Shown here: in pieces, positions 52,578 through 61,928 of the stretch
Layout: each line of letters opens with the position of its first letter
Position numbering within the stretch: the first letter of the stretch is position 1
Assembly (NCBI GenBank): GCA_020637755.1
Contig: JACKJW010000009.1
Span: 35,618-99,617, forward strand
DNA: 64,000 nt
DNA from: Brucellaceae bacterium
Lineage (GTDB): Bacteria > Pseudomonadota > Alphaproteobacteria > Rhizobiales > Rhizobiaceae
Direction of reading: 5' to 3'
Made by a program: the position numbers and the translations under genes
Notes under the pieces: generated by a model
The model's input: the letters and a program-made list of their open reading frames with translations, nothing else
What the model was told of the DNA's origin: nothing
The model's database searches: none

Positions 52578-52666
52578 AGATTCTTTTGGCCGGTAGGCAG
52601 CGCCATCCTATAACAAGCCCAAGGGGCTGCACGGCCCGATTGGCAACATGGTTAGCGGAGGAACCG

Positions 52667-53290
52667 GTGACGATCAGGCTTTATCATGGCGAGGCGACCC
52701 GTTCGGCGCGCATCCTCTGGCTCCTGGCCGAACTGGGACTGGAGCACGAAACAGTCCGCATGACCCTGGCTGAAGTGATCCAGTCGGTCGAATTTCGCCA
52801 GACAAACACGCTCGGCCGCGTACCGTTTCTGATCGATGGTGACATCCGCATTATGGAAAGCCTCGCCATCATGCAGCACCTTGCCGAGACGCGCGACCCC
52901 CAGGGTGTGCTCTGGGTGAAACCAGGTTCGGCCGACCGGCCCGATTTCCTCCAATGGCTGCAGTTTTCGGAAACCATTGCGGTCCACGTCCAGAACCTGA
53001 ACCAGCAGTGCAACATTCTTCAGCCGCCTGAAATCCGCTCGGCCATCACCATCAAGGTGGAGACACGACGGCTGGAAAAGACAATCTCGATCGTCGAGGA
53101 CCGGCTCGCCGACCGCGGCCACCTGCTCGACCGCGGCTTCACCATCGCCGACATTGCCATGGCCTATTCCATCTTCGCCGGCGGCATGTTCACCAGCCTC
53201 GACCCGTTTCCGGCCGTCTGCGCCTGGCTGGAACGCCTGCGGGCCCGGCCGGCCTGTGGCGACGCGCTGACCGGGTCACTGGCCGAATAG
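52667..53290 (+). CDS. Glutathione S-transferase family protein
   Basis: GGAGG RBS then GTG; RSARILWLLAELGL, LGRVPFL, ESLAI, FTIADI. Confidence 0.88.
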   Translation: MTIRLYHGEATRSARILWLLAELGLEHETVRMTLAEVIQSVEFRQTNTLGRVPFLIDGDIRIMESLAIMQHLAETRDPQGVLWVKPGSADRPDFLQWLQFSETIAVHVQNLNQQCNILQPPEIRSAITIKVETRRLEKTISIVEDRLADRGHLLDRGFTIADIAMAYSIFAGGMFTSLDPFPAVCAWLERLRARPACGDALTGSLAE

Positions 53291-53297
53291 GAACGCC

Positions 53298-54383
53298 TCA
53301 GCCATTCACTGCGAGATGGTTGTCAAAGGAGACCGCAAGCGGGTGCGGGCGTTCGGGATCGCCGAAATCGCCCGCGCCGTTCGAGGCGACAAGGCCCGTC
53401 TCCAGCCAGGCAAGCCCGCAGCCATCCTTCATCGCGTAGGCATCGAGCAAGGCGCCGTCGCGCACGTCGAGCACGGCAATGCGGTTGCCGCGCGGGGACG
53501 ACACCGCCACCTCACCGCCGTCGCGCGACAGGGCGACCGACCCGACATAGTTGCCCAGCGAAGCGGCAAGCCGCTCATCCATCGCATAGAGCGAAATGCC
53601 TTCCTGAGCATGGGCGCGCCCGGCCAGTGGCGGGTGCCCGCCTTTCGGTCCCTCATACTGGCCACCGAAGATCACCGTCCCGTCCGGCAGCGCGGCCATG
53701 TGGCGCAATGACAATTGATGGAACATTTCCGGCAATTCGAGCCGCGCCTTGAGCGAGCCGTCACGCCGGTCGATGAAGGTGATATTCGGCCGCATGGTCG
53801 CAAGGTTCAGCATCGCGCGGCCCTTGTCCGGGTGGGTCTCGATGCCGCCATTGCAGATAGCGAGCGTCACCCCGTCGGCGAGAAACAGCAACTCATGCGG
53901 ACCGATGCCGCGACTTTCAAACTCGCCGATCCGCGCCATGCCCGCCGTTGCGTCATAAATGCCGATCATGCCGCGGGCCGCCGCGAAATCATTCTCGGTC
54001 GCGTACAAGAGGCGGCCATCAGGTGAGAAAGCCCCGTGGCCGAAGAAGTGCCGCCCTTCCGGTGCATGGAAGGCAACGGGCTCACGCGATCCGGAAACCG
54101 GAAAGGCGAGCGCGAAATTTCCGGGACGCCGCGCAAAGGCAACCGCAAGCGCGCCCGATGGCGAAAACACCACGTCATGCCCGCGATCCGGCAGATCGAC
54201 CCTTCTGAGGATTTGCCCGGATTGCGTGAACAGGACCGCACCATGACCGCCGCCGGGAAATTGGCAGGCCGAAGCCAGGATCACGTCGCCGGAAGTAGCA
54301 GCGTCCGCCGCGCGCGGTGACAGCCCCGCAAGAAACGCCGCTCCAGCACCCTTCAGGAACAGCCGCCGGTCAAAGGCGCGCAT
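53298..54383 (-). CDS. DUF1513-like Tat-exported beta-propeller protein
   Basis: DRRLFL Tat motif, RGHD, FARRPG, HFFGHGAFS, GIGPHE, NGGIETHP. Confidence 0.85.
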   Translation of the reverse strand: MRAFDRRLFLKGAGAAFLAGLSPRAADAATSGDVILASACQFPGGGHGAVLFTQSGQILRRVDLPDRGHDVVFSPSGALAVAFARRPGNFALAFPVSGSREPVAFHAPEGRHFFGHGAFSPDGRLLYATENDFAAARGMIGIYDATAGMARIGEFESRGIGPHELLFLADGVTLAICNGGIETHPDKGRAMLNLATMRPNITFIDRRDGSLKARLELPEMFHQLSLRHMAALPDGTVIFGGQYEGPKGGHPPLAGRAHAQEGISLYAMDERLAASLGNYVGSVALSRDGGEVAVSSPRGNRIAVLDVRDGALLDAYAMKDGCGLAWLETGLVASNGAGDFGDPERPHPLAVSFDNHLAVNG

Positions 54384-54386
54384 CGG

Positions 54387-55460
54387 TCAGTCCCCATCCA
54401 GCGATGAGAAGCCTGCCGCAAGACCGTATCCGCCAAGGATGCCGGTCGCGGAAGTATCCCGCAGGCTTTCCAGTTGCCCCGCCACTACCATCAGCCGCGC
54501 ATGGCCTTCTGCCGTTGCCGCTCCGCTCGGAAGGTCGTTGCCGGAAGCCGCAAGCAACGCCTTGGCCTGCGCCGTTTCGAAGGCGATGTTTCCCGGAACC
54601 CAGCTTCGCAGGTCGTCCGGCAACCCGTCCGCGATGCCATCGATCGCGGCAAGCGCCGCCAACCCGTCGAGATTGGCGGACAGCGCGCGCGCCGTGAGGC
54701 CCGACCGCCAGAACAGCGCCGCCTTGGGCTTTGCCGAGGCCGGGTCATCACCGAGCACCGGCTTCAACCGGGTCTCTTCCATCATCTCGTAGCCGTTTGG
54801 CAAAACCTTCAGCACTTGCGCCAGCGCCTCGTCCGCCGAGCGGTAGAGCGCGTTGCCCTCATCGGGATTTTCGAGATCGCGGCGAATACCCGTGTCACCC
54901 TGCCAATCTGCCAGCACGTCACCGGCAATCGAGGCGACATTGCCGGCAATCGCCTGCCCGACCGCGCAACGCCAGGCACCGCCCGTTCCGGCCAGAGCCT
55001 CCGACCCGCTGCCGAACAGTGTGAACTCCAGCGCGGGCAGCCCTTGCACGGCAGCGCTGCGCGCAGGCATGGATGCGGCATCCGGTTTCCCATCCCCGGG
55101 CTTCCCGATCCATTGCTGGATCTGCTTCAGGCCGATGCCGCGGCGATCCGGGAAGAACAGGATGCGTTCCAGCCGGTTGTCCGCGCGCACCGGCCCAAAT
55201 TGGACATATTCGATCTGGCTCCATGCCTCGACAACCTCGCCAAAGGCAGCGCGCGCCTTTTCCAACCCGGCTTCAGACGGAGCGGTACAAAGGCCGGCAA
55301 CATGATCCGCCAGCCTGCCGGACGCTGCATCGAAACCGGCATAACCGGGCAGGATCACGCTCTCGACAGCCGTGCGCACCAGCTGCTGGCGCTGCGTCTC
55401 ATCGGCGTGCGCAGCACCGGTAGCAAGAATGATTGCGGCGAGGCAGGCGGCAGGACGCAT
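54387..55460 (-). CDS. Imelysin family protein
   Basis: Signal peptide, FGPV, FFPD..G, VQGLPALE, C-terminal GFSSLDGD. Confidence 0.85.
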   Translation of the reverse strand: MRPAACLAAIILATGAAHADETQRQQLVRTAVESVILPGYAGFDAASGRLADHVAGLCTAPSEAGLEKARAAFGEVVEAWSQIEYVQFGPVRADNRLERILFFPDRRGIGLKQIQQWIGKPGDGKPDAASMPARSAAVQGLPALEFTLFGSGSEALAGTGGAWRCAVGQAIAGNVASIAGDVLADWQGDTGIRRDLENPDEGNALYRSADEALAQVLKVLPNGYEMMEETRLKPVLGDDPASAKPKAALFWRSGLTARALSANLDGLAALAAIDGIADGLPDDLRSWVPGNIAFETAQAKALLAASGNDLPSGAATAEGHARLMVVAGQLESLRDTSATGILGGYGLAAGFSSLDGD

Positions 55461-56974
55461 CACAGCGACTCCACAAATTTGATCAGCGCGGCACGGTCAT
55501 CTGCTGGAAGGGCGGCAAAGCCGTCGCGCGCCGCCTGCGCCTCCCCGCCATGCCACAGGATCGCCTCGGTCAGGTTGCGTGCGCGCCCGTCATGCAGGAA
55601 GAAGGTATGGCCGTTCACCGTTTGCGTCAGCCCGATGCCCCAGAGCGGCGGGGTACGCCATTCGGTGCCCCGTGCATCGCCGGAGTTCATCCAGTCAGCC
55701 AGGCCGACGCCCATGTCATGCAGCAGGAAATCCGAATAGGGCCAGATGAGCTGGAACGCCTGCGCCTTGGCGGGCGCATCGCGCCGGGTGACGAATTTCG
55801 GCTTGTGGCAGGATACGCAGCCAAGCGCATAAAACACTTCCTTGCCGCGCAGCACTTGCGGGTCCTTCAGGTTCCGCCGTTCCGGCACTGCAAGGTTTTG
55901 CGAATAGAAGGTGACCAGTTCCATCACCTGTTCCGGTGCTTCGCCCTCGCCGAGTTCCGTCTGTTCGCCATGCGGGGCAGCGCGGCAATCGGCCTGCTTT
56001 TCCGTGCATTCACCCCAGGGGCCTGGAACGTCGGGCGAGGAAATGCCGATGTCCCCGGAAAAGGCGCCGGCCGTCTGCGCGCGGATCGTCGGATTGATCG
56101 CCTTCCAGCCGAAGCGGCCAAGAACCAGCTCGCCCGTCCTGGCATCGCGCACCATGTTGGCCTTGCCGGAAATGCCGTCCTTGTCGGCATCATCGGGATC
56201 GGCATTGGCGAGGATGTCGGCCGGATGAATCTGCTCGACAAGGCCGAGCCCGATCATCGGCGGCGTAACGCGCGGGCTGAGCACGGTCGACGGGTCCATC
56301 GGCCCATAGCCGAGATTCGCGACACTGTAGGAAGGCTTGCGCAGGGATAATGCCGTTCCGTCGCCAAGCATCACGGGCATCTCGGTATAGGAAATGGCCA
56401 TCTGCCCTTCGGCCTTGTGACCGGGCACGGCGAAATCCTGCAGCTGCCCGCCATAGACCGGATCGGGCAGCAGCAAGGCCTTCTTCTCCGCCAGCAGGCG
56501 GTTTTCGTCTTCCGTCGAGGGGGCCCTCGCCAGCCGGAAGAACATGGACGTGGTATCGGCCTTGCCTTCCGGCGGATGGCCGCGCCCGTCCTTCAGGTGG
56601 CAGCTCTGGCAAGCCCTGGCATTGAACAGCGGTCCCAACCCATCGCTTGCCTGCGTGGAGGAAGGAGACGACACCCAGAGCTTGCGGAACAGCGCGTTGC
56701 CGAGCTTGAAACGCTCCTCGCCTTCAAATGCCAGATTGGCAGAAAAATGCGAGAAGGCATCGGCATTGACGATGTGGCGCGATGTTGCCGCGCCGCCCGG
56801 CAGGGCCTCGAACGGTTCCGGTTTGGAGAAATCCGTCGCCGGCGCCGTGACGGCACGCACCCGCGCCAGATCCTTGGGTGAAAGATCGTCGCGTGTCATA
56901 GCCGGCTGCGCGACGGAGGCGGAGGCCGAAACGGCGATCAGAAGTGCAGCAAAACCCATGCGGCTGGTTGTCAT
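55460..56974 (-). CDS. Di-heme oxidoreductase family protein (DUF1111-like)
   Basis: DGLGPLFNARACQSCH and GCVSCH heme c motifs, WRTPPLWG, HDGRAR. Confidence 0.9.
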   Translation of the reverse strand: MTTSRMGFAALLIAVSASASVAQPAMTRDDLSPKDLARVRAVTAPATDFSKPEPFEALPGGAATSRHIVNADAFSHFSANLAFEGEERFKLGNALFRKLWVSSPSSTQASDGLGPLFNARACQSCHLKDGRGHPPEGKADTTSMFFRLARAPSTEDENRLLAEKKALLLPDPVYGGQLQDFAVPGHKAEGQMAISYTEMPVMLGDGTALSLRKPSYSVANLGYGPMDPSTVLSPRVTPPMIGLGLVEQIHPADILANADPDDADKDGISGKANMVRDARTGELVLGRFGWKAINPTIRAQTAGAFSGDIGISSPDVPGPWGECTEKQADCRAAPHGEQTELGEGEAPEQVMELVTFYSQNLAVPERRNLKDPQVLRGKEVFYALGCVSCHKPKFVTRRDAPAKAQAFQLIWPYSDFLLHDMGVGLADWMNSGDARGTEWRTPPLWGIGLTQTVNGHTFFLHDGRARNLTEAILWHGGEAQAARDGFAALPADDRAALIKFVESL

Positions 56975-57087
56975 GACCTGACCTCTTCCAAACCCTCTCT
57001 ACCCGCTTCCTTGCCGGAAGTCTCGGCGATTTCCTGGCGGCACGGCAAGGGCCGCACCGCATGGCCGACACCACGTTCGGCCAATCC

Positions 57088-58374
57088 CTACTTGAACACG
57101 GCGTCCGCCTTGTCGAGGCTGTCGGAACCCTCGATGGTCACACCATCGAGACCCAGCGCGGCGACCGCCCGCTCGATGGAGCGCGTCTGGTCGATCAGGG
57201 CGTCGATGGCTGCCTGCACGACGGCATTGCCCTGCGCATTGCCCTCGCCGATCATCTGGTCATAGGCCTCGCCCCTTTCCGCGCGGCCGGCCATCGCCTC
57301 CATGGCCGCAACGGTCTTGTCCAGTTTGCCCAGGAGTTCCTCGTCCAGTCCCTTGTCCGTTCCGGCAACCGCATCCGAGACCGACGGCCCTTCGATCACT
57401 GAGCCGTCGACCCGGCTGTAGCGCCCGAGATAGACGTTGCGGATACCGATGGCGTCGTTGAGATGCGAGGCATGCGTATTGTCGGAGAAACAGTCCTGCT
57501 CCTCTTCGGGATCGTGCAGCAGCAGGCCGAGCTTCATGCGTTCCCCGGCAAGTTCGCCATAGGAGAGCGATCCCATGCCGGTCAGCACGGCCGCGAGCGT
57601 GGCCTTGGCATCGCGTGTTTCGATGGCCGTTCGCGCCGCGCCACCCGTCTTCCAGTTGGCGACCATCTCCTTAAGGTCGGAGACCAGCAGCCTGGAAGCA
57701 GCGGCAAGATACGCCGCGCGCCGGTCGCAATTCCCGTTGGTGCAGCCCTCGCCCTGCACGAAATCCGTAAACGGGCGGTCACCGGCGCCCGGTTTCGTGC
57801 CGTTCAGGTCCTGCCCCCACAGCATGAACTCGATGGCGTGGTAGCCGCTGGCCACATTGGCCTCGATCCCGCCTGCCTCATGCAGCGTGGAGGCGATGAA
57901 CTCCGGCGAAATCTGCGAGGCATCAACCTCCTTGCCGTTGATCAGCACCGTGTCGTTGGCAATGACATTGGCGGTGAACAGCGTGTTGTCATCAGACTCG
58001 GTGCCATAAGACCCGGCATCGACGTAATCGATCAGCCCCTCGTCGAGCGGCCAGGCATTCACCCGGCCTTCCCACTCGTCCACCACCGGGTTCCCGAAGC
58101 GGAAGGCCTCGGATTGCTGGTAGGGGATGCGCGCTGCCACCCAGGCCCGCCTTGCTGCGGAGAGTGTATCGGGCGACGGTGCGGCAATGAGTACGCCGAT
58201 GGCCGTGTCGAGGGCCTGCGCCGTTGTCAGCGCGTCCTCGTAGGTGGCCAGGCCCATCTCCGCGTAATTGGCGGCAATGGCCTTGGCGTCGGCACCCCCG
58301 GCAAGAGCCGGCAGCGGAGCCAAAAGGCCAGAGCCCAGGGCAAGCAGGCTGAGAAGCGGGAAGCGGCTGGTCAT
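57088..58374 (-). CDS. Imelysin-like iron-regulated protein (IrpA-like)
   Basis: NAWPLDEGLIDYV, GYHAIEF (HxxE), GELAGERM, DCFSDNT. Confidence 0.9.
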   Translation of the reverse strand: MTSRFPLLSLLALGSGLLAPLPALAGGADAKAIAANYAEMGLATYEDALTTAQALDTAIGVLIAAPSPDTLSAARRAWVAARIPYQQSEAFRFGNPVVDEWEGRVNAWPLDEGLIDYVDAGSYGTESDDNTLFTANVIANDTVLINGKEVDASQISPEFIASTLHEAGGIEANVASGYHAIEFMLWGQDLNGTKPGAGDRPFTDFVQGEGCTNGNCDRRAAYLAAASRLLVSDLKEMVANWKTGGAARTAIETRDAKATLAAVLTGMGSLSYGELAGERMKLGLLLHDPEEEQDCFSDNTHASHLNDAIGIRNVYLGRYSRVDGSVIEGPSVSDAVAGTDKGLDEELLGKLDKTVAAMEAMAGRAERGEAYDQMIGEGNAQGNAVVQAAIDALIDQTRSIERAVAALGLDGVTIEGSDSLDKADAVFK

Positions 58375-58436
58375 TGGGATGTCCTTTTTGTCAACGGCGT
58401 GGCGCGGGTCAAAGCCGGGCGCGTGGTTTGGAGCGT

Positions 58437-58703
58437 TCAGGATCCGTCAGGACCCGGAGTGTCGGTGCGGAAACAGGAAGGAGCAATGCGCCGGAAGCTT
58501 TCAGCAGCATGGCAAGCCCCGCGGCGGACTGGAGCGTTTCGCCAACTCGGGCGGCACAGGTCAGCGTGGAAGCCGGCAAGCACGAAATTTTCCGCCGGGC
58601 CGTGCATCATGCGGCGATCACGCAGCGGCGCCAAGGGCGCAAGACCCCGGCGAAGCGGTGCTGAACCTGCCTTGCCGCGGGCGCGGCAGGGATGGGATAT
58701 CAT
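58437..58703 (-). CDS. Possible small leader protein (88 aa)
   Basis: GGAGG RBS at 58712-58716 ahead of GTG/ATG; no recognisable domain. Confidence 0.35.
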   Translation of the reverse strand: MISHPCRARGKAGSAPLRRGLAPLAPLRDRRMMHGPAENFVLAGFHADLCRPSWRNAPVRRGACHAAESFRRIAPSCFRTDTPGPDGS

Positions 58704-58797
58704 CACGGTATCCTCCAATCGAAAGGGGTCAAGGCCCTGACATCAAAGGCGGCGTTCTCACACCTCACGGAACCCAGAAGCCAGAGGATGCGCGCCA

Positions 58798-58859
58798 TGT
58801 CAAATATTCTAGTTTGGAAAAATTCCAATAAATCAACAGTTTGGAAAAATTCTAAACTG
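58798..58859 (-). promoter_or_regulatory. Tandem Irr (ICE-like) boxes beside a TTGACA -35
   Basis: TTTGGAA-AAA-TTCCAAT (58813-58829) and TTTGGAA-AAA-TTCTAAA (58840-58856) vs ICE consensus TTTAGAA-N3-TTCTAAA; minus-strand TTGACA at 58798-58803. Confidence 0.8.
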
Positions 58860-58970
58860 GAGCGCCCGCCGTGCCGGGCCATAGGGAAACCGAAAAACTT
58901 TCCGGTGACAAACCGTAATTATATCATTATATGAAAACATATGTACTTTTCAGGCAGCGAGGACCACATC

Positions 58971-59954
58971 GTGAGCGACAACGCCATGCAAGCCCCGGCG
59001 CAAGCCCATTCAAGGCTGGAGCACTTCCCCATAGGGCTGTTTGCCATCGTAATGGGTCTGGCCGGACTGACACTGGCCACCTTGCGTCTGGAGCATGCGG
59101 CGGGTGCCGGCCGTATCCTCAGCCCATGGGCGCTCGGCCTCACCATCGCCGTCTTCCTCTTCCTGCTTGCCGCCTACGCCGCCAAGGCGCTGCGCTTTCC
59201 CGCCGCCGTCAAGGCCGACTGGAATCACCCGGTGAAGATTGCCTTCTTCCCCGCCATCTCCATCGGCATGCTCCTGATTTCAACGGCCATGGTGCCGCTG
59301 ATGCCCGCTGTTGCGGGTATCGTCTGGGGTCTTGGCGCAGTGCTGCATCTGGCCGGAACCCTTGCCGTCGTCTCCAGCTGGATTGGTCACCGCAAGTGGG
59401 AAACGGTGCAGATGTCGCCCGCATGGTTCATCCCCGCCGTCGGCAACGTCATTGTGCCCGTTGCCGGGGCGCGGCTTGGCTACACGGAAATCTCCTGGTT
59501 CTTCTTCACCACCGGAATTCTGTTCTGGATGATCCTGCTGACGCTGGTGTTCAACCGGCTGATCTTCCACGCCCCGCTGCCTGAGCGGCTTTATCCCACG
59601 CTGATGATCCTCGTCGCGCCGCCCGCTGTCTGCTTCGTCGCCTGGCACGAACTGACCGGCGATCTCAACCCCTTCGCCCGCGTCCTCTACTACGGAGCTG
59701 TTCTCTTCGCCCTCGTGGTGGCCGCGCAGATCGGCAAGCTGGTGCGCCTGCCCTTCGTCATATCCTGGTGGGCCTATTCCTTCCCGGTCGCCGCACTGAC
59801 GATTGCCACCTTCCTTTACGGCGAGGCGAGCGGGAAGCCCGGCTTCATCACCGCAGGCTATGCGCTCTATGCGGTGCTGGCCGCCGTGATTGCCATGCTG
59901 ATCATGCGCACGCTGTCAGCCGCCGCGCGCGGCCTCATCTGCCAGCCCGAGTAA
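58971..59954 (+). CDS. SLAC1/TehA (TDT) family anion channel
   Basis: ~10 TM segments, FAIVMGLAGL, HPVKIAFFPA, PAWFIPAVGN, WWAYSFP. Confidence 0.9.
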   Translation: MSDNAMQAPAQAHSRLEHFPIGLFAIVMGLAGLTLATLRLEHAAGAGRILSPWALGLTIAVFLFLLAAYAAKALRFPAAVKADWNHPVKIAFFPAISIGMLLISTAMVPLMPAVAGIVWGLGAVLHLAGTLAVVSSWIGHRKWETVQMSPAWFIPAVGNVIVPVAGARLGYTEISWFFFTTGILFWMILLTLVFNRLIFHAPLPERLYPTLMILVAPPAVCFVAWHELTGDLNPFARVLYYGAVLFALVVAAQIGKLVRLPFVISWWAYSFPVAALTIATFLYGEASGKPGFITAGYALYAVLAAVIAMLIMRTLSAAARGLICQPE

Positions 59955-61188
59955 CCGCCGTCCCGGCCTTGGCCAGATGTGCCATCATGCCCGCTGCGGC
60001 ATGACGCCCGGTCGCCAGACAGGCGGTCAGCAGGTAGCCACCGGTCGGCGCTTCCCAGTCCAGCATCTCGCCAGCCGCGAAAACGCCTGGCAGCGCGCGC
60101 AGCATCAGCCCGTCGTCCAGCGCTGCACGCCGGATACCGCCTGTCGTGGAAATCGCCTCGGCAATCGGGCGCGGTGCGATCACACGGATCGGCACCGCCT
60201 TGACGATGGCGGCAAGTGCTTCTGGCTGCAATCCCGCGGCTTCCGGCACAGCCTCGCGCACCAGCGCCGCCTTGACGCCGGACAACCCGGCCCCCTTGCG
60301 CAACCGGTTGGAGAGGCTCGCCTTGGCTGGCTGGCGCGCAAGGTCGCGCGCGATCCGCGCCTGGTCCCGCCCAGGCTGGAGGTCAATACCCAGCACGGCC
60401 TCGCCACCAGTCTCCAGCCGGTCGCGCAAGGCAGCCGAATGGGCATAGACCAGACTGCCTTCGATCCCGGAGGCACTGACGACAAACTCGCCCGGCACCG
60501 CGCCTGCATCCGACGTGGCCGTAACGCCCTTCACCGGCGCACCGGCAAAGCGTTCAGAAAAATGCCCACTCCACGCCACGTCGAACCCGCAATTGGCAGG
60601 CTTCAGCGGGGCAACCCCAACGCCGGCGGCCTCCAGCAGGTCCGTCCACCCGCCATCCGACCCGAGCCGCGGCCAGCTTGCCCCGCCAAGTGCCAGCAGG
60701 CAGGCATCGAAGTCCGCCCGCGTCATGCTGCCCTCCGGCGGATTGAAGGAGAGAACGGGGCGCCCATCTTGCGAGGCGATGCCAGTGAGCCGGTGGCGCT
60801 TGAACAGTTGCACGCCCTGCGCCTCCAGCCGCGCAAGCCAGGCGCGCAGCAGCGGCGAGGCTTTCATCGCTTTCGGAAAGATACGGCCTGACGAGCCGGT
60901 AAAACAGTCCGCACCCAGCCCGTTCGCCCAGGCGACGGTCTCGCGTGGTCCGAACGCTTCCAGCATGGGCCGCAGCCAGTCATGGGCCGCACCGTACCGG
61001 GCCGCAAAGCGCTCCGGCGGCTCCGAGTGGGTAAGGTTCAGACCGGTCTTGCCCGCCAGCAGCAACTTGCGCCCGAGCGATGGCATCGCATCAAAAAGGC
61101 TGACCGCATGACCGTGAGACGAGAGAACCTCGGCCGCCATCAGCCCGGCCGGGCCGCCGCCGATGATCGCCATGTTTGCCCGTGCCAT
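59935..61188 (-). CDS. HI0933/BaiN-like flavoprotein
   Basis: IGGGPAGLMAA, GRKLLLAG, GSSGRIFP, GEMLDWEAPTGGYLL. Confidence 0.88.
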   Translation of the reverse strand: MARANMAIIGGGPAGLMAAEVLSSHGHAVSLFDAMPSLGRKLLLAGKTGLNLTHSEPPERFAARYGAAHDWLRPMLEAFGPRETVAWANGLGADCFTGSSGRIFPKAMKASPLLRAWLARLEAQGVQLFKRHRLTGIASQDGRPVLSFNPPEGSMTRADFDACLLALGGASWPRLGSDGGWTDLLEAAGVGVAPLKPANCGFDVAWSGHFSERFAGAPVKGVTATSDAGAVPGEFVVSASGIEGSLVYAHSAALRDRLETGGEAVLGIDLQPGRDQARIARDLARQPAKASLSNRLRKGAGLSGVKAALVREAVPEAAGLQPEALAAIVKAVPIRVIAPRPIAEAISTTGGIRRAALDDGLMLRALPGVFAAGEMLDWEAPTGGYLLTACLATGRHAAAGMMAHLAKAGTAVTRAGR

Positions 61189-61264
61189 GTTCCGCTGCCC
61201 GTGATTGCGCCTCTCGCAACCCCGTCATGGCCCGGCTTGCGCAGGCTTGCAAGCTTGCAGCCGG

Positions 61265-61927
61265 TCAGGCTGGGCGGCGGAGAACCCCGAGCCGGGCATA
61301 GTCGCGATAGAGGCTTTGAAAATGCATGGTGCCCTTGAAGCCCTGCGCCGCTTCGCGCATCACGGCTTCCAGTTCCGCGCGTGGCGCGACATGAAACCTT
61401 GCGAGCCAGCCCCGCAGCAGGACGCGGAACCAGACGGGCAGACGGTCCTGCTGGCCGAAATCGACCACATGAAGCGAACCACCCGGTTTCAGCGCAGTCG
61501 CCGCCTGGCGGACGGCTTCCGGCCACTCCGGAATCATCGAAACGGCATAGGAAATGAAGATGCGATCAAACCCGTTGATACCAAAGGCTCCTTCCGGGTC
61601 GAGCGCGGCAGCGTCGCCCACGGCGAGGCGCGCGCGGTCTCCCACTCCTGCCTGATCCAGCTTGCCTTCCGCCGTCTTGAGCATCTCGGCCGAAATGTCG
61701 ATGCCGTAGAATTGCGCGCCGGGATAGCGGCGGGCAGCCGCAATCAGGTTTCGGCCCGTGCCGCAACCGATCTCCAGCACATTGCCACCCGGCGGAACGG
61801 CCAATCCTTCGAGCATTTCGTCACGGCCAAGCAGGTAGAACTTGCGGGTCGCATCATAGATATGGCGCTGATGACGATAGATGCCATCCATCAGAACGGC
61901 ATGGCGGGCACCGGAAATCCCGTCCAT
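61265..61927 (-). CDS. btaB: SAM:diacylglycerylhomoserine N-methyltransferase
   Basis: MDGIYRHQRHIYDATRKFYLLGRD, LEIGCGTG; downstream of btaA. Confidence 0.9.
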   Translation of the reverse strand: MDGISGARHAVLMDGIYRHQRHIYDATRKFYLLGRDEMLEGLAVPPGGNVLEIGCGTGRNLIAAARRYPGAQFYGIDISAEMLKTAEGKLDQAGVGDRARLAVGDAAALDPEGAFGINGFDRIFISYAVSMIPEWPEAVRQAATALKPGGSLHVVDFGQQDRLPVWFRVLLRGWLARFHVAPRAELEAVMREAAQGFKGTMHFQSLYRDYARLGVLRRPA

Positions 61928-61928
61928 C

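Noticed and set aside
52605-52641. Possible second, degenerate CRISPR repeat (minus strand ATCGGGCCGTGCAG...TATAGGAT)
   Set aside because: Only a short GGCCG..GCA resemblance; too weak to call a two-repeat array.
58600-58800. Riboswitch (TPP or cobalamin) in the imelysin leader
   Set aside because: Core conserved motifs not found on either strand; the Irr boxes already explain regulation.
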